A DNA stretch of 43,744 nucleotides from IMG/VR virus record IMGVR_UViG_3300044693_000291; one strand, written 5' to 3'. This document shows positions 16,741 to 24,743 of this stretch, one piece after another. Position numbers and translations under genes: made by a program. The number at the start of each line of letters is the position of its first letter. The stretch's first letter is position 1. The stretch is from a virus. The notes beneath the pieces are model-generated. The model saw only the letters and a program-made list of their open reading frames with translations, was not told the origin of the DNA and did not search any database.

Positions 16741-17066
16741 TGGACGCCTTTTAATTGTTGTATACGTCTGTTAAGATACCACGCTGCTTTCTCTAAATCC
16801 TCTATCTCTTTTTTTGGGTCTTTTTTGCCAGCCCGGCTAATGTATTTTATGGCATTACCCAAACAAAAGTCCAGCCGCCACGCCTCTATAACTTTTATGG
16901 CCTCGTACGTATATAAGCTGCCGCCATAATGTTCCGGGTGGTTTACCTGATCATATGCAGCAGGCTTTAGATGGTTCATCTTTTGCCATGTTTTGCATTG
17001 CAAATCGCAATAAGGTTTACGGTCTTCGCATATACAGGAAGGATAATTGCCTTTGCTAATATCCAT
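16737..17066 (-). CDS. DUF3310 family phage protein
   Basis: VNHPEHYGG...YEAIKVIEAW...FCLGNAIKYISRAGKK...EDLEKAAWYL matches the DUF3310 signature. Confidence 0.65.
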   Translation of the reverse strand: MDISKGNYPSCICEDRKPYCDLQCKTWQKMNHLKPAAYDQVNHPEHYGGSLYTYEAIKVIEAWRLDFCLGNAIKYISRAGKKDPKKEIEDLEKAAWYLNRRIQQLKGVQ

Positions 17067-17067
17067 G

Positions 17068-17445
17068 CTAAAGTTTTTTAATTGGTAATAGATACATTTT
17101 TGCAGTAATTCGCACCGGGTATCGGGAGTATGGCGGCTGGGTAGATATCAGTTCCATTAGTTCGGTGTCCTTACGCATCAATTCGGCAAAAATATGATTG
17201 CTAAAGCTGGTGGCTATCTCGCGCCTACGCTGCCAATCGGCTTCATCCGGGTGTAGGTTGCGCCACTCGGCCTCCATTGGGTCGAATTCGTGTTCGAATT
17301 TTAACTCAACCGGGGTAATTTGCCCGGTTACCCGGATAATGCTTTTAACTGGCCGGTGCTGCATTTTGGCGTGCATAATAACTATTACGCCAATAAGGGC
17401 CAGTATAACGGCCAGCAGGATGCAAATTATTTGTGTGTCTGTCAT
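17068..17445 (-). CDS. Membrane-anchored hypothetical protein (125 aa)
   Basis: There is one N-terminal transmembrane helix (IICILLAVILALIGVIVIM). The gene overlaps the upstream methyltransferase gene by 4 nt. Confidence 0.55.
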   Translation of the reverse strand: MTDTQIICILLAVILALIGVIVIMHAKMQHRPVKSIIRVTGQITPVELKFEHEFDPMEAEWRNLHPDEADWQRRREIATSFSNHIFAELMRKDTELMELISTQPPYSRYPVRITAKMYLLPIKKL

Positions 17446-18326
17446 GGTTTTATAAAGATTAATACGTTTTCGTGGATTTTTACAAGTTTCTTATTACCGC
17501 GCAGAAAAGTGTTGTTAACACGCAACTGCGCAGTGCCAATGGGTTGCAGCAGTATGGCCTCATTATACAACTTTGTACCTGCATCTATAAACGCCTGCTT
17601 TGTATGGCTTACAAAATCCCTGTAATATCCTTTCTCGTCACGCATATCCCCAACCACAAAAATGGCAAAGCCGCCCGGCTTAAGTAGATATACGCATTTC
17701 TGTATTATGCTGCGGTAGGCTGCCATAAACTCCCGGTAGTCCATATTGCTAATATCACCGGGCAAATCACTGTACACCTCCAAATCAGCGTAAGGCGGGC
17801 AGCTAAATACAACATCATACTCGCAGCCCAGTGCAGCAAGGCAGTCAAGGAATACGTTACTATCCCCCACATGCCACTCCGGCTGCGGCTTATCTGCCGG
17901 CAATATCTCCTGCGCCTGCCGCCGGTTGCTTAATACCTGTTCTTCGCGGATGTCTATTCCCGTGTATCTATACCCCAGATAATTAGCAACCAAACCACGA
18001 ACGCTGCCTCCAGCAAAGGGGTCAATAATCTGGCCGCCCTCGGGGCAGTACCAACGGTACAGCAACTCGCACAGCGCTGGGTCGAAGATTGATACCTCGG
18101 ACATTGCTTCCTCTGCCGTCCTGCCATACTTTTCGCTGAAAAAAGATGAACCATATGTTTTAACCTCCTCCCTGCTTTCTTCGCTTTTTATTCCTTTAGC
18201 CTTCCATGCTTTTTTTCTTTTTACCCAGCTACCTGAACGGGCGTCCAGCACAGAAAACGGGGGTTCTATGAATTTATCACGGAGTAGCGGGTCGCTGCTA
18301 ATCTCCTCGCCAAACAAATCAGTCAT
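17442..18326 (-). CDS. SAM-dependent DNA methyltransferase (N6-adenine / N4-cytosine type)
   Basis: The SAM-binding motif is IIDPFAGGSVRG and the catalytic (S/C)PPY-type motif is FSCPPYADL. An N-terminal EPPFSVLD segment is typical of phage N6_N4 methylases. Confidence 0.7.
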   Translation of the reverse strand: MTDLFGEEISSDPLLRDKFIEPPFSVLDARSGSWVKRKKAWKAKGIKSEESREEVKTYGSSFFSEKYGRTAEEAMSEVSIFDPALCELLYRWYCPEGGQIIDPFAGGSVRGLVANYLGYRYTGIDIREEQVLSNRRQAQEILPADKPQPEWHVGDSNVFLDCLAALGCEYDVVFSCPPYADLEVYSDLPGDISNMDYREFMAAYRSIIQKCVYLLKPGGFAIFVVGDMRDEKGYYRDFVSHTKQAFIDAGTKLYNEAILLQPIGTAQLRVNNTFLRGNKKLVKIHENVLIFIKP

Positions 18327-18333
18327 ATAATAA

Positions 18334-19092
18334 TCAGGGTTTTAAGTAGGATTGTCTAATACCAACGCACCACATAAGGTCGCCTGCTTGCAAAAACTCT
18401 TGGCATTTTGCCTCATAAACCGGGTCAAGCGTAAAAGGTATATCTAAGTATGTAGGTACATAATCATCGTAGGCTTCCCGTGGCGCTACTAAGGTACACA
18501 TAAATTGCCAGCCCATTGGTGCCCATCGTGTTAAACGCTTACGCGGGTCTGCGCCAACCATAACGCCAATTACGTGAAGGTTGGGGCGAAACAATTTAAC
18601 ACCATGCAGCACACCGGCCAAACTCATACCGCCGCCCACTGGCATAACTATCCGCTTTACCTCCCGGGGTACATTCCGCACCTGCGCCATAGTTTCTACC
18701 ACTGCAAAGTCGTGCTCCATTCCAAACGGTATATCTGTATATCCGGTCTGGAAAGCATACTCTTTGCTGCGGCTGGTAATTACATTGTTATACCCAGCCT
18801 TGTGCTGTATTATAAAGCACCCAGCCTCGCGTGCCAATTCAAGTTCTTTGTTAAGCGCCCCCGTTGGTGTATGTGCAACACATGGCAGCCCTAAATGCTT
18901 TGCTATGTTTGCCACAATATTAACCTGTGGGCTGCTACGGCTGCCTGCGGTAGTTAAACCAACTTTGGCATCCTTTGCCAGTGCGTAGCAGGTGCGCACC
19001 TTGCCACCCCTTACGCCGGCTATTTCGAAGAGATCGTCGCGCTTAAACCAGTAAGCGCCATGTTTTTCAACGGGGGTTAATTCAGTAGCCAT
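18334..19092 (-). CDS. PLP-dependent fold-type II enzyme, ACC deaminase / D-cysteine desulfhydrase-like (252 aa)
   Basis: WFKRDDLFEIAGVRGGKVRTCYAL parallels KRDDl...GGNK.RKLE, which holds the PLP lysine. AGSRSSPQVNIVANIAKHLGLPC parallels G..QSNH.r..A..Aa.lGl.c. There is also a Gly-rich loop, MPVGGGMSLAG. Confidence 0.6.
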   Translation of the reverse strand: MATELTPVEKHGAYWFKRDDLFEIAGVRGGKVRTCYALAKDAKVGLTTAGSRSSPQVNIVANIAKHLGLPCVAHTPTGALNKELELAREAGCFIIQHKAGYNNVITSRSKEYAFQTGYTDIPFGMEHDFAVVETMAQVRNVPREVKRIVMPVGGGMSLAGVLHGVKLFRPNLHVIGVMVGADPRKRLTRWAPMGWQFMCTLVAPREAYDDYVPTYLDIPFTLDPVYEAKCQEFLQAGDLMWCVGIRQSYLKP

Positions 19093-19106
19093 TGTCTTGG
19101 TAATTT

Positions 19107-19148
19107 ATATGCCGGGTAACGGGTTTGCTACCCGGCATATTTGTTTTT
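19107..19148 (+). terminator. Perfect 12-bp hairpin with the T-tract on the plus strand only (antisense-oriented terminator or structural element)
   Basis: ATATGCCGGGTA (19107-19118), loop acgggtttgc, TACCCGGCATAT (19129-19140), then ttgttttt. On the minus strand the hairpin is followed by aaattacc, so there is no U-tract. Confidence 0.4.
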
Positions 19149-19512
19149 AGAATGGTAGATCGTCGTTTGCCTGTGGCGGTGTAAACGTACCACCAGCAGC
19201 GGCGTCATTGGGTGCAGCCCCGGGCAAATCAAACTCACCGGCCTTCGCAGGTTCATTCTTACTTTTTTGCACCCTGCCATTACCTATGTACACATCCTTT
19301 CCGCCGTTCATTGCCTTATCCTTCTCTCTGCCATCCTTGCTGCTGTTAAGCTGTACGCTTACCTGCTTCCAGTCCGGGTCTTTCTCCGGGTCTACCCATA
19401 TGGTTACGTTGGCATAATAATGCTGGTTTTTGTCGCTACGGGAGCAACTGGTGTGCCCCTTCTTTAGCTGTTCTACCAGCGTGGTTACGTCAATACTTGC
19501 GTTAAGTATCAT
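19147..19512 (-). CDS. SSB-like single-stranded DNA-binding protein candidate (121 aa) with a canonical acidic C-terminal tip
   Basis: The C-terminus ...PPQANDDLPF mimics the bacterial SSB tip DDDIPF, preceded by a Gly/Ala/Pro-rich linker. The N-terminal domain does not look like a classical OB-fold SSB. It sits in the replication module. Confidence 0.5.
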   Translation of the reverse strand: MILNASIDVTTLVEQLKKGHTSCSRSDKNQHYYANVTIWVDPEKDPDWKQVSVQLNSSKDGREKDKAMNGGKDVYIGNGRVQKSKNEPAKAGEFDLPGAAPNDAAAGGTFTPPQANDDLPF

Positions 19513-19910
19513 TATTTTACCTCCTCTTTTGTTTCTTCGGTTATGGGTGAAAGGTCGGCCAAATCAAGGTCGGCAGGAGGCGCGCTGTCTATTACATTGG
19601 CGCGGTCAACGCCTGCATTAATCTGCGCATCAGCAGGGATAACAGTTGTGGTAACTGCATGCTCCTTATCGCCTTTTACCTTGAAATGCACCAATGCAAA
19701 GCCCGGGTTTAGGCCCTTTACCTTGTGCTGGGCGCTGGTAATTGTAAGCTCCAGTTCCTTGCCGGTAAACGCTTTTTTATCATCGCGTTCCTGCAAAATA
19801 AGGCGGTCGCCCGTTACAACCGGCGTACGCACTTTTCTGATCTCGCTGGTAATATCGCCATTAAGTACGGCGCTGAAATAATCGGTAGTTACTACATCCG
19901 TGTGTGTCAT
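19512..19910 (-). CDS. ASCH / DUF3850-like (PUA-fold) protein with an acidic tail
   Basis: DYFSAVLNGDITSEIRKVRTPVVTGDRLILQERDDKKAFTGKELELTIT resembles the DUF3850 pattern (F..i..G.KtfEiR.ndR.f.vGD.l.L.E.....yTGr.l). Confidence 0.4.
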   Translation of the reverse strand: MTHTDVVTTDYFSAVLNGDITSEIRKVRTPVVTGDRLILQERDDKKAFTGKELELTITSAQHKVKGLNPGFALVHFKVKGDKEHAVTTTVIPADAQINAGVDRANVIDSAPPADLDLADLSPITEETKEEVK

Positions 19911-19956
19911 GTCTGTTTGATTTTAGTGATAGTTTGTTATGAAATGGGTGAACAAT

Positions 19957-20220
19957 TTAGTGTTTTTTGTTACAAATAGGGCAGAAACGGCGCGAATTCT
20001 TTTGTCTCTTTAACTCCCGCTCCTGTGTCCTTGTGTACCCGGGCCAAACGTGCGCAATAAAATACCCAATGCCAGCAACATTAACAGCCCGTAAAAATTT
20101 GCTGCCACAACCGGCCTGATATTTAGCCAGCCGCTCCAGCGCCTTCTCATCTCCGTCCACGAAACCAATGTAGTGCTGGGCGTGCTTATATGGCTGTTCA
20201 AGGGGGATAAGGTAAACCAT
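19957..20220 (-). CDS. GIY-YIG-like small protein with a C-terminal CxxC
   Basis: VYLIPLEQPYKHAQHYIGFVDG...RLAKYQAGCGSKFLRAV...WPGYTRTQERELKRQKNSRRFCPIC matches a recurrent phage family related to the GIY-YIG fold. Confidence 0.35.
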   Translation of the reverse strand: MVYLIPLEQPYKHAQHYIGFVDGDEKALERLAKYQAGCGSKFLRAVNVAGIGYFIAHVWPGYTRTQERELKRQKNSRRFCPICNKKH

Positions 20221-20223
20221 GTG

Positions 20224-21426
20224 TTATATTATTATGCGCAGGCCCTTCGGGCTCCGTGCGCGGCTTAATGCTACATATGTCTGCCCACGCTGAAAGGTTG
20301 GGCGGCGTAAATCAACCGTAACCTCGTCAAATGTAAGGCCCTGCGCCTTGTGTATTGTTAAGGCGTATGCCAGCTTAATAGGGTATTGTACCACCTTACC
20401 AATCTCCTCCAACACCAGTTTATCCAGTTTACTATCGTAAACGTATTGCTTTTTAGTAACCTCCGCAGGTCCCAACGGCCACTCAACGCCATTAACCTGT
20501 ATAAAGTGGTTCCCATCCCGGTGCCTAAATACACCTATGGTGCCATTACGCAGCGGCGCATCCCGGCTATTAATAAGGTACATTATCTTACAACCATCTT
20601 TAACCCGCACGGTTTTCTCGAAGGGCAAGTCCTCTATTTTCATCTTGCCTTCTATTTCTGCCTCAAACACAAACTCCTCGCCCGGCTGCGCTTTTAACCC
20701 AGCAGTATTATACTCTGCCACAGTATTATTGTGTGGTGCAAGTATTATGCCCGCTGCCTCTTTGGTTACAAACTGCTTAAAATACTCGGCCTTACCGCCC
20801 TCGCGCACGATGTTAAGGGCTGCAATGAAATCGGGGTCGCTTTGGCGCATTATTTCATCGAGTTCAATATGGCGCAGGTTGATTTTTTTAAGGATTTTGG
20901 CAAATAGAAAGGTATCGCCGGTATAAGTTTGATACAGCACGGATTTTGTGTTGTCGTCGTATATAGGTGGCAACTGTTTGAGATCGCCAACAAAAACTAA
21001 TTGGCGTTTATCCAGCCCGGCCAAACCGTTTTTAATTAATGTATAGTGCATGGCATCCAGTACATCCGGGCGCAGCATACTCACCTCATCTATAATACAC
21101 ACATCTATTTTGCCCAGCACCATGCGCGTGTTCATCTTGACGTAATGGCATGCCTCAAAGTCCAGCACACCATACGGGCTAAGTTTGAACATACTATGAA
21201 TGGTCTGCCCGTTGATGTTATTGGCGGCTATGCCTGTGGGCGCTATCGCCACAACATTGCGCCCCAATTGGGTAAGTTCTTTTATAATCTCGTTTACTAT
21301 AAAACTCTTGCCAGTACCTGCCTTACCAGTAAGGTAAACGCTTTCGCCGCTGAGTACTGCTACCCTGAATTCTTGTTGTTTCTCTGTTAACATGGTTTGC
21401 CGTATTGTTTTACCACCTGCCGCCAA
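20224..21426 (-). CDS. Pif1/RecD-like SF1 DNA helicase
   Basis: Walker A is LTGKAGTGKS and Walker B is CIIDEVSM. The C-terminal AYALTIHKAQGLTFDEV and YVALSRARSPKGL are hallmarks of the Pif1/RecD family. A more likely start is MLTEKQ at 21393. Confidence 0.8.
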   Translation of the reverse strand: MAAGGKTIRQTMLTEKQQEFRVAVLSGESVYLTGKAGTGKSFIVNEIIKELTQLGRNVVAIAPTGIAANNINGQTIHSMFKLSPYGVLDFEACHYVKMNTRMVLGKIDVCIIDEVSMLRPDVLDAMHYTLIKNGLAGLDKRQLVFVGDLKQLPPIYDDNTKSVLYQTYTGDTFLFAKILKKINLRHIELDEIMRQSDPDFIAALNIVREGGKAEYFKQFVTKEAAGIILAPHNNTVAEYNTAGLKAQPGEEFVFEAEIEGKMKIEDLPFEKTVRVKDGCKIMYLINSRDAPLRNGTIGVFRHRDGNHFIQVNGVEWPLGPAEVTKKQYVYDSKLDKLVLEEIGKVVQYPIKLAYALTIHKAQGLTFDEVTVDLRRPTFQRGQTYVALSRARSPKGLRIII

Positions 21427-21956
21427 TATATCAAACTGTTAGGTATTGGCATCATTTGCGGTTTATATGGTGGCTTTGGTGAAATGCTGAATATAATGCT
21501 CGTTTTAGCCTGCAACGGTATGGCGTAGCCATTTACCTGATGATTGTAGCCGAAGTGCTTTATAGCTGCCAGCAGCGGCATATCGCTTACCTTAAAATCA
21601 AGTACAACCGGGTGCTGGCTACATATTGTCATATCTACCCTGCCCTTATATTTAAGGTACAACCCCTCGCATATCATCGTGCAGCTTACCACCAGTTGCC
21701 GGCGCGCATGGCGTAGGGCCTGCCCCAATTGCTGCACTGCCGCCTGTGCTACCGGGCGCACAAGTTCGTATTGCTCGCCGTTATACTTGGCCGGCTCGAA
21801 CAGGTACGTATCCACAAGGCTACCAAACCGCATTTTATCGGTTGGGTCTACCCTGCCCCGGGTAGCAGCTTTAACGCTGCTGTAGCTAATACCGGGCATT
21901 TTAAGGTAGTCCTCAAATGGTACGCCGTCAAGTAGTTGTATATCGGTAATCTGCAT
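21387..21956 (-). CDS. PD-(D/E)XK-type nuclease (recombination exonuclease candidate)
   Basis: GRVDM...VVLDFKVS fits the D...(D/E)xK core. The gene belongs to the recombination/replication module. Confidence 0.4.
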   Translation of the reverse strand: MQITDIQLLDGVPFEDYLKMPGISYSSVKAATRGRVDPTDKMRFGSLVDTYLFEPAKYNGEQYELVRPVAQAAVQQLGQALRHARRQLVVSCTMICEGLYLKYKGRVDMTICSQHPVVLDFKVSDMPLLAAIKHFGYNHQVNGYAIPLQAKTSIIFSISPKPPYKPQMMPIPNSLIYWRQVVKQYGKPC

Positions 21957-21969
21957 AGCGTAGGGTGTT

Positions 21970-22005
21970 TTAAAAACCGGCGGCCGTTGAAACGGGCCGG
22001 CCGGT
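21970..22005 (-). terminator. Rho-independent-type terminator after 22031..22387
   Basis: The minus strand reads ACCGGCCGGCCCG-tttcaa-CGGCCGCCGGT followed by TTTTTAAAA. Confidence 0.6.
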
Positions 22006-22030
22006 GGTTAATCTGTACCTAATAAATATT

Positions 22031-22387
22031 TTAAAGATTGATCGATTTCAGATACTTGTGCTGGTCTTTAATCTGGCCCGATGCATAGCTGGTACGAGTA
22101 ACCAGCGTACCATTACGCAGTTCAATGGATTCGGTGTGCATTGTGGTGCCATACCGGCCATGCTGCCAGATGCCTTTAGCGATGGTGCCGTCAGCATTAT
22201 ACAGAGATTGTCTCTCTTTGCCTAAATCTTTACCGCGTACATAAAATACTTTGGTTACATCGTGTGTTACTTCAACCGGGTGCAGCGTATCAACAACCTC
22301 TACAGTATCAAACCCCCATTTTACTCCGCCGCGCTTGCCAATAATCTTCTTGGATTCGTAATCGGTGAATTTAGCTGTTAATATCAT
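22031..22387 (-). CDS. Hypothetical protein (118 aa) forming a stand-alone promoter-gene-terminator unit
   Basis: The ATG at 22387 closes the conserved leader of module copy C. The track start at 22408 (MLYKHTKM) is the leader translated. I recognised no family. Confidence 0.55.
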   Translation of the reverse strand: MILTAKFTDYESKKIIGKRGGVKWGFDTVEVVDTLHPVEVTHDVTKVFYVRGKDLGKERQSLYNADGTIAKGIWQHGRYGTTMHTESIELRNGTLVTRTSYASGQIKDQHKYLKSINL

Positions 22388-22440
22388 TTTGGTGTGTTTG
22401 TATAACAAATGTAATACGTTTCGTATTACGCGCCAAATTT
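22385..22440 (-). promoter_or_regulatory. Promoter-operator-leader module, copy C
   Basis: In gene orientation: aaaTTTGgcgCGTAATACGaaaCGTATTACATTTGttatacaaacacaccaaaATG. Confidence 0.6.
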
Positions 22441-22636
22441 ATTCAGAACTTTTTTCAGAAGTTTTTTGAGCAGCTATAGCCTGATTGTTTTTGGTAATTA
22501 TGATAGCAATAAACTGCCCAATCATAAACGGCATAACCAATGGTGCCAAAACTATATCATACCAGCGGATGCCTGCGCCCGGAGTAACAGTAGCCCCGAG
22601 CACAAACATCATGGAGAATAAACAGTAATATATCAT
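22439..22636 (-). CDS. Small membrane protein (65 aa, two TM helices)
   Basis: The hydrophobic segments are IYYCLFSMMFVLGATV and VLAPLVMPFMIGQFIAIII. The start overlaps the upstream stop by 4 nt. Confidence 0.5.
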   Translation of the reverse strand: MIYYCLFSMMFVLGATVTPGAGIRWYDIVLAPLVMPFMIGQFIAIIITKNNQAIAAQKTSEKSSE

Positions 22637-23733
22637 TTCTGTAAGGTTTGATATTTAACGCCCTCTACTTTAACATTGGCGGCATCCAGCGCGGCAGCCA
22701 TCTGCGCAACCGTCATCTGGCTGTATTTTTTGTTCTTTACCTTCCCGCTGCATGCCTGAAAGTTGCCCATAAATGCTGCCATAATTTTAGCCACCCATTC
22801 CCACGAGTAATCCTCGATAAGAATTTCGGTTGTCTCGACTATTGGCTTCATGCCTGCCGGCGCTGCAACGGCCATAGCAGTGGCATTGTTTACCAGCGTT
22901 ACAGCAGCCTTATCGGCCTCTGTTTGTCGCTTCTCCTGTGACGTTGTCTGCTCAAATAACTGTGTTTGCTGGGCAACCGCTGCCGTAGGGTTGGCAAGAT
23001 CGTGGGCATACATGGAGAACTTTTCTTGCAATTCCTTAATCATCTCCGTGTATATGTCTGCAAACTTTGGCCGGGGTATTTTGGCAAACAACGCAGCCGC
23101 ATCCTCTTTTGCAAGGTGTACGCTGTTAAACTTGTTCATCTTCCGGGGCTGCACTGTTTGCATGGCAGCAACGCACGTATTAACGGCTTCCTGCACCTTA
23201 TCCGGTGGCGTCTTTGCACTTAGGCACGCCGTATAAGTTTGGTGTATAAAAGCACGCAATTGCGCCCGGTAATCCGCTGCAATATCAAGATATTCGTTCT
23301 CTACAAAGGTTTTGAATTCTGCTTCCTCGTTTGCTTTATCCTGCGCCGCAGTGGCTGCCTTTGTGGCCGCCTGCCGCAATTCCAGCTCCCGGGCCTTTGC
23401 CTTTATGAAAGGCTCATAAGTTGCCGGGTTGTATTCCTTTTCTACCTTCATGCACTGCTCTTTAGCAGCATCAAGGTATTTAGTAAAATCTTTGCGCGTA
23501 TCAACCAGTACAGTATAGCCAGAGTTATAGGCTTTGATTGCGGCATCGAGCGCCGGTTGGTCTTTAGTTTCCCAGCCCATTAGGTGCTGCTGCAAGGCAA
23601 GTGACTGGGTGGTAAGTTTTTTATCCATCGTGGCTTTACCACGGCCAATAAGATTCCAAACGTTTTGCTTTACGGCTTCTATGCTGGGTGTCTCCCTAAC
23701 ATACATAGCCAGTTCGCCCATGTTTAAGCTCAT
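22633..23733 (-). CDS. Hypothetical alpha-helical protein (366 aa from the ATG at 23733)
   Basis: This is a long ORF with an Ala/Lys/Glu/Gln-rich helical composition. The start MSLNMGELAM forms an ATGA overlap with the upstream micro-ORF. The track start at 23784 adds an Arg/His-rich peptide that is probably non-coding. Confidence 0.6.
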   Translation of the reverse strand: MSLNMGELAMYVRETPSIEAVKQNVWNLIGRGKATMDKKLTTQSLALQQHLMGWETKDQPALDAAIKAYNSGYTVLVDTRKDFTKYLDAAKEQCMKVEKEYNPATYEPFIKAKARELELRQAATKAATAAQDKANEEAEFKTFVENEYLDIAADYRAQLRAFIHQTYTACLSAKTPPDKVQEAVNTCVAAMQTVQPRKMNKFNSVHLAKEDAAALFAKIPRPKFADIYTEMIKELQEKFSMYAHDLANPTAAVAQQTQLFEQTTSQEKRQTEADKAAVTLVNNATAMAVAAPAGMKPIVETTEILIEDYSWEWVAKIMAAFMGNFQACSGKVKNKKYSQMTVAQMAAALDAANVKVEGVKYQTLQK

Positions 23734-23873
23734 TTTAGTTGCATTTTTTGGGTTATGCCCCGGGTGGCACCTTCTACGTAGCAAGTTTGGGCGTACTCGA
23801 AATCTTCTTCCTCGATTGCGCGGTTATAATGGTGTAGCAATTGCTCATCATCCAAATCATCTACCACCGGCAT
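23730..23873 (-). CDS. Micro-ORF (47 aa), acidic, with a UVR-like helix
   Basis: MPVVDDLDDEQLLHHYNRAIEEEDFEYAQTCYVEGATRGITQKMQLK. The stop TGA overlaps the next start (ATGA). It falls below the 60-aa track threshold. Confidence 0.4.
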   Translation of the reverse strand: MPVVDDLDDEQLLHHYNRAIEEEDFEYAQTCYVEGATRGITQKMQLK

Positions 23874-23951
23874 AAATACGGTATCATCGCCTACTTTAAC
23901 CTGTTTGTATACTTTGCTCTCCAGTGTTTGCGGGGCTGCATAAAATTTAAT

Positions 23952-24668
23952 TTAAAAGTCAATAGGTGCATCCAAATCTACCGGCGGCGCAGTGTCGCCT
24001 TCAACGGGTGCAAAGAAATCGGCCTCAAACTTCGGCGCAGCAGCATCCACCTTTATTTCAGGTGTTACCACTACCGGGGCCGGCGGCGGCGTTACAACGG
24101 TTGGCGCTGGTGCCGGTGCCGGTATTTTAGGCGTATCTATAACCTCCGGCTTTTCACCCTTATATGGGTCTTCCTTGAACGCCGGGTTAAACTCGAGCGC
24201 CTCTTTACGGCTAACGTTACGGCCAAACAATGCGCCAATATGCTCGGCGGCATCCTTAATTGCGTAGCTTACAGCAGCAGGCGCAGCCAGTTGTATGGCA
24301 TTATTTTTAATGGCCGCCAAATCACTGGCAGCCTTGCCGGCATCTGTTTGCACAGGCATTGCGCCGGTGCCATCGTGAAAGTCCCACTCGTTAGTTGCTG
24401 GGTTGTAATAATGCAGGCGTATAACCGCAACAACGCTGTTAAATAGTGGCGCTATGGTTTTAATATCTACGCGCCATTGGCCGCATATGCGGTCGAGCAG
24501 GTACTCGATCTTCTCAATGGGCAAATACTGCACCGGGGCCATTGGGTGTTTCTTTAACCACGATGCCGGTGGCGGCTGGTTTACCAGCGTTTTAAACCTG
24601 TCTTGCTTCCATGCATCCGGGTTTTCGTTATGCAGCTCGGAAAGTGTAGGCAGTTGTCTTTGTTCCAT
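23952..24668 (-). CDS. Rad52-superfamily single-strand annealing protein (Sak/DUF1071-like)
   Basis: VQYLPIEKIEYLLDRICGQWRVDI resembles the yl....v...LD..fG..W motif of phage Rad52-like annealases. The tail is Pro/Ala/Val-rich. Confidence 0.5.
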   Translation of the reverse strand: MEQRQLPTLSELHNENPDAWKQDRFKTLVNQPPPASWLKKHPMAPVQYLPIEKIEYLLDRICGQWRVDIKTIAPLFNSVVAVIRLHYYNPATNEWDFHDGTGAMPVQTDAGKAASDLAAIKNNAIQLAAPAAVSYAIKDAAEHIGALFGRNVSRKEALEFNPAFKEDPYKGEKPEVIDTPKIPAPAPAPTVVTPPPAPVVVTPEIKVDAAAPKFEADFFAPVEGDTAPPVDLDAPIDF

Positions 24669-24743
24669 GTGTGTATGTATTTGAAAAAGTTATGGCGGCA
24701 GGTTCCGCTACCCAAATATTTTTCATTCCTGCCGCCAAAGAGT

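Noticed and set aside
24694-24736. 9-bp inverted repeat GGCGGCAGG / CCTGCCGCC between 24744..25067 and the Rad52-like gene, considered as a terminator
   Set aside because: The loop is 25 nt and the downstream T-run on the coding strand is short and displaced (ATAACTTTTTC). This is not convincing as an intrinsic terminator, so I only note it as a possible RNA structure.
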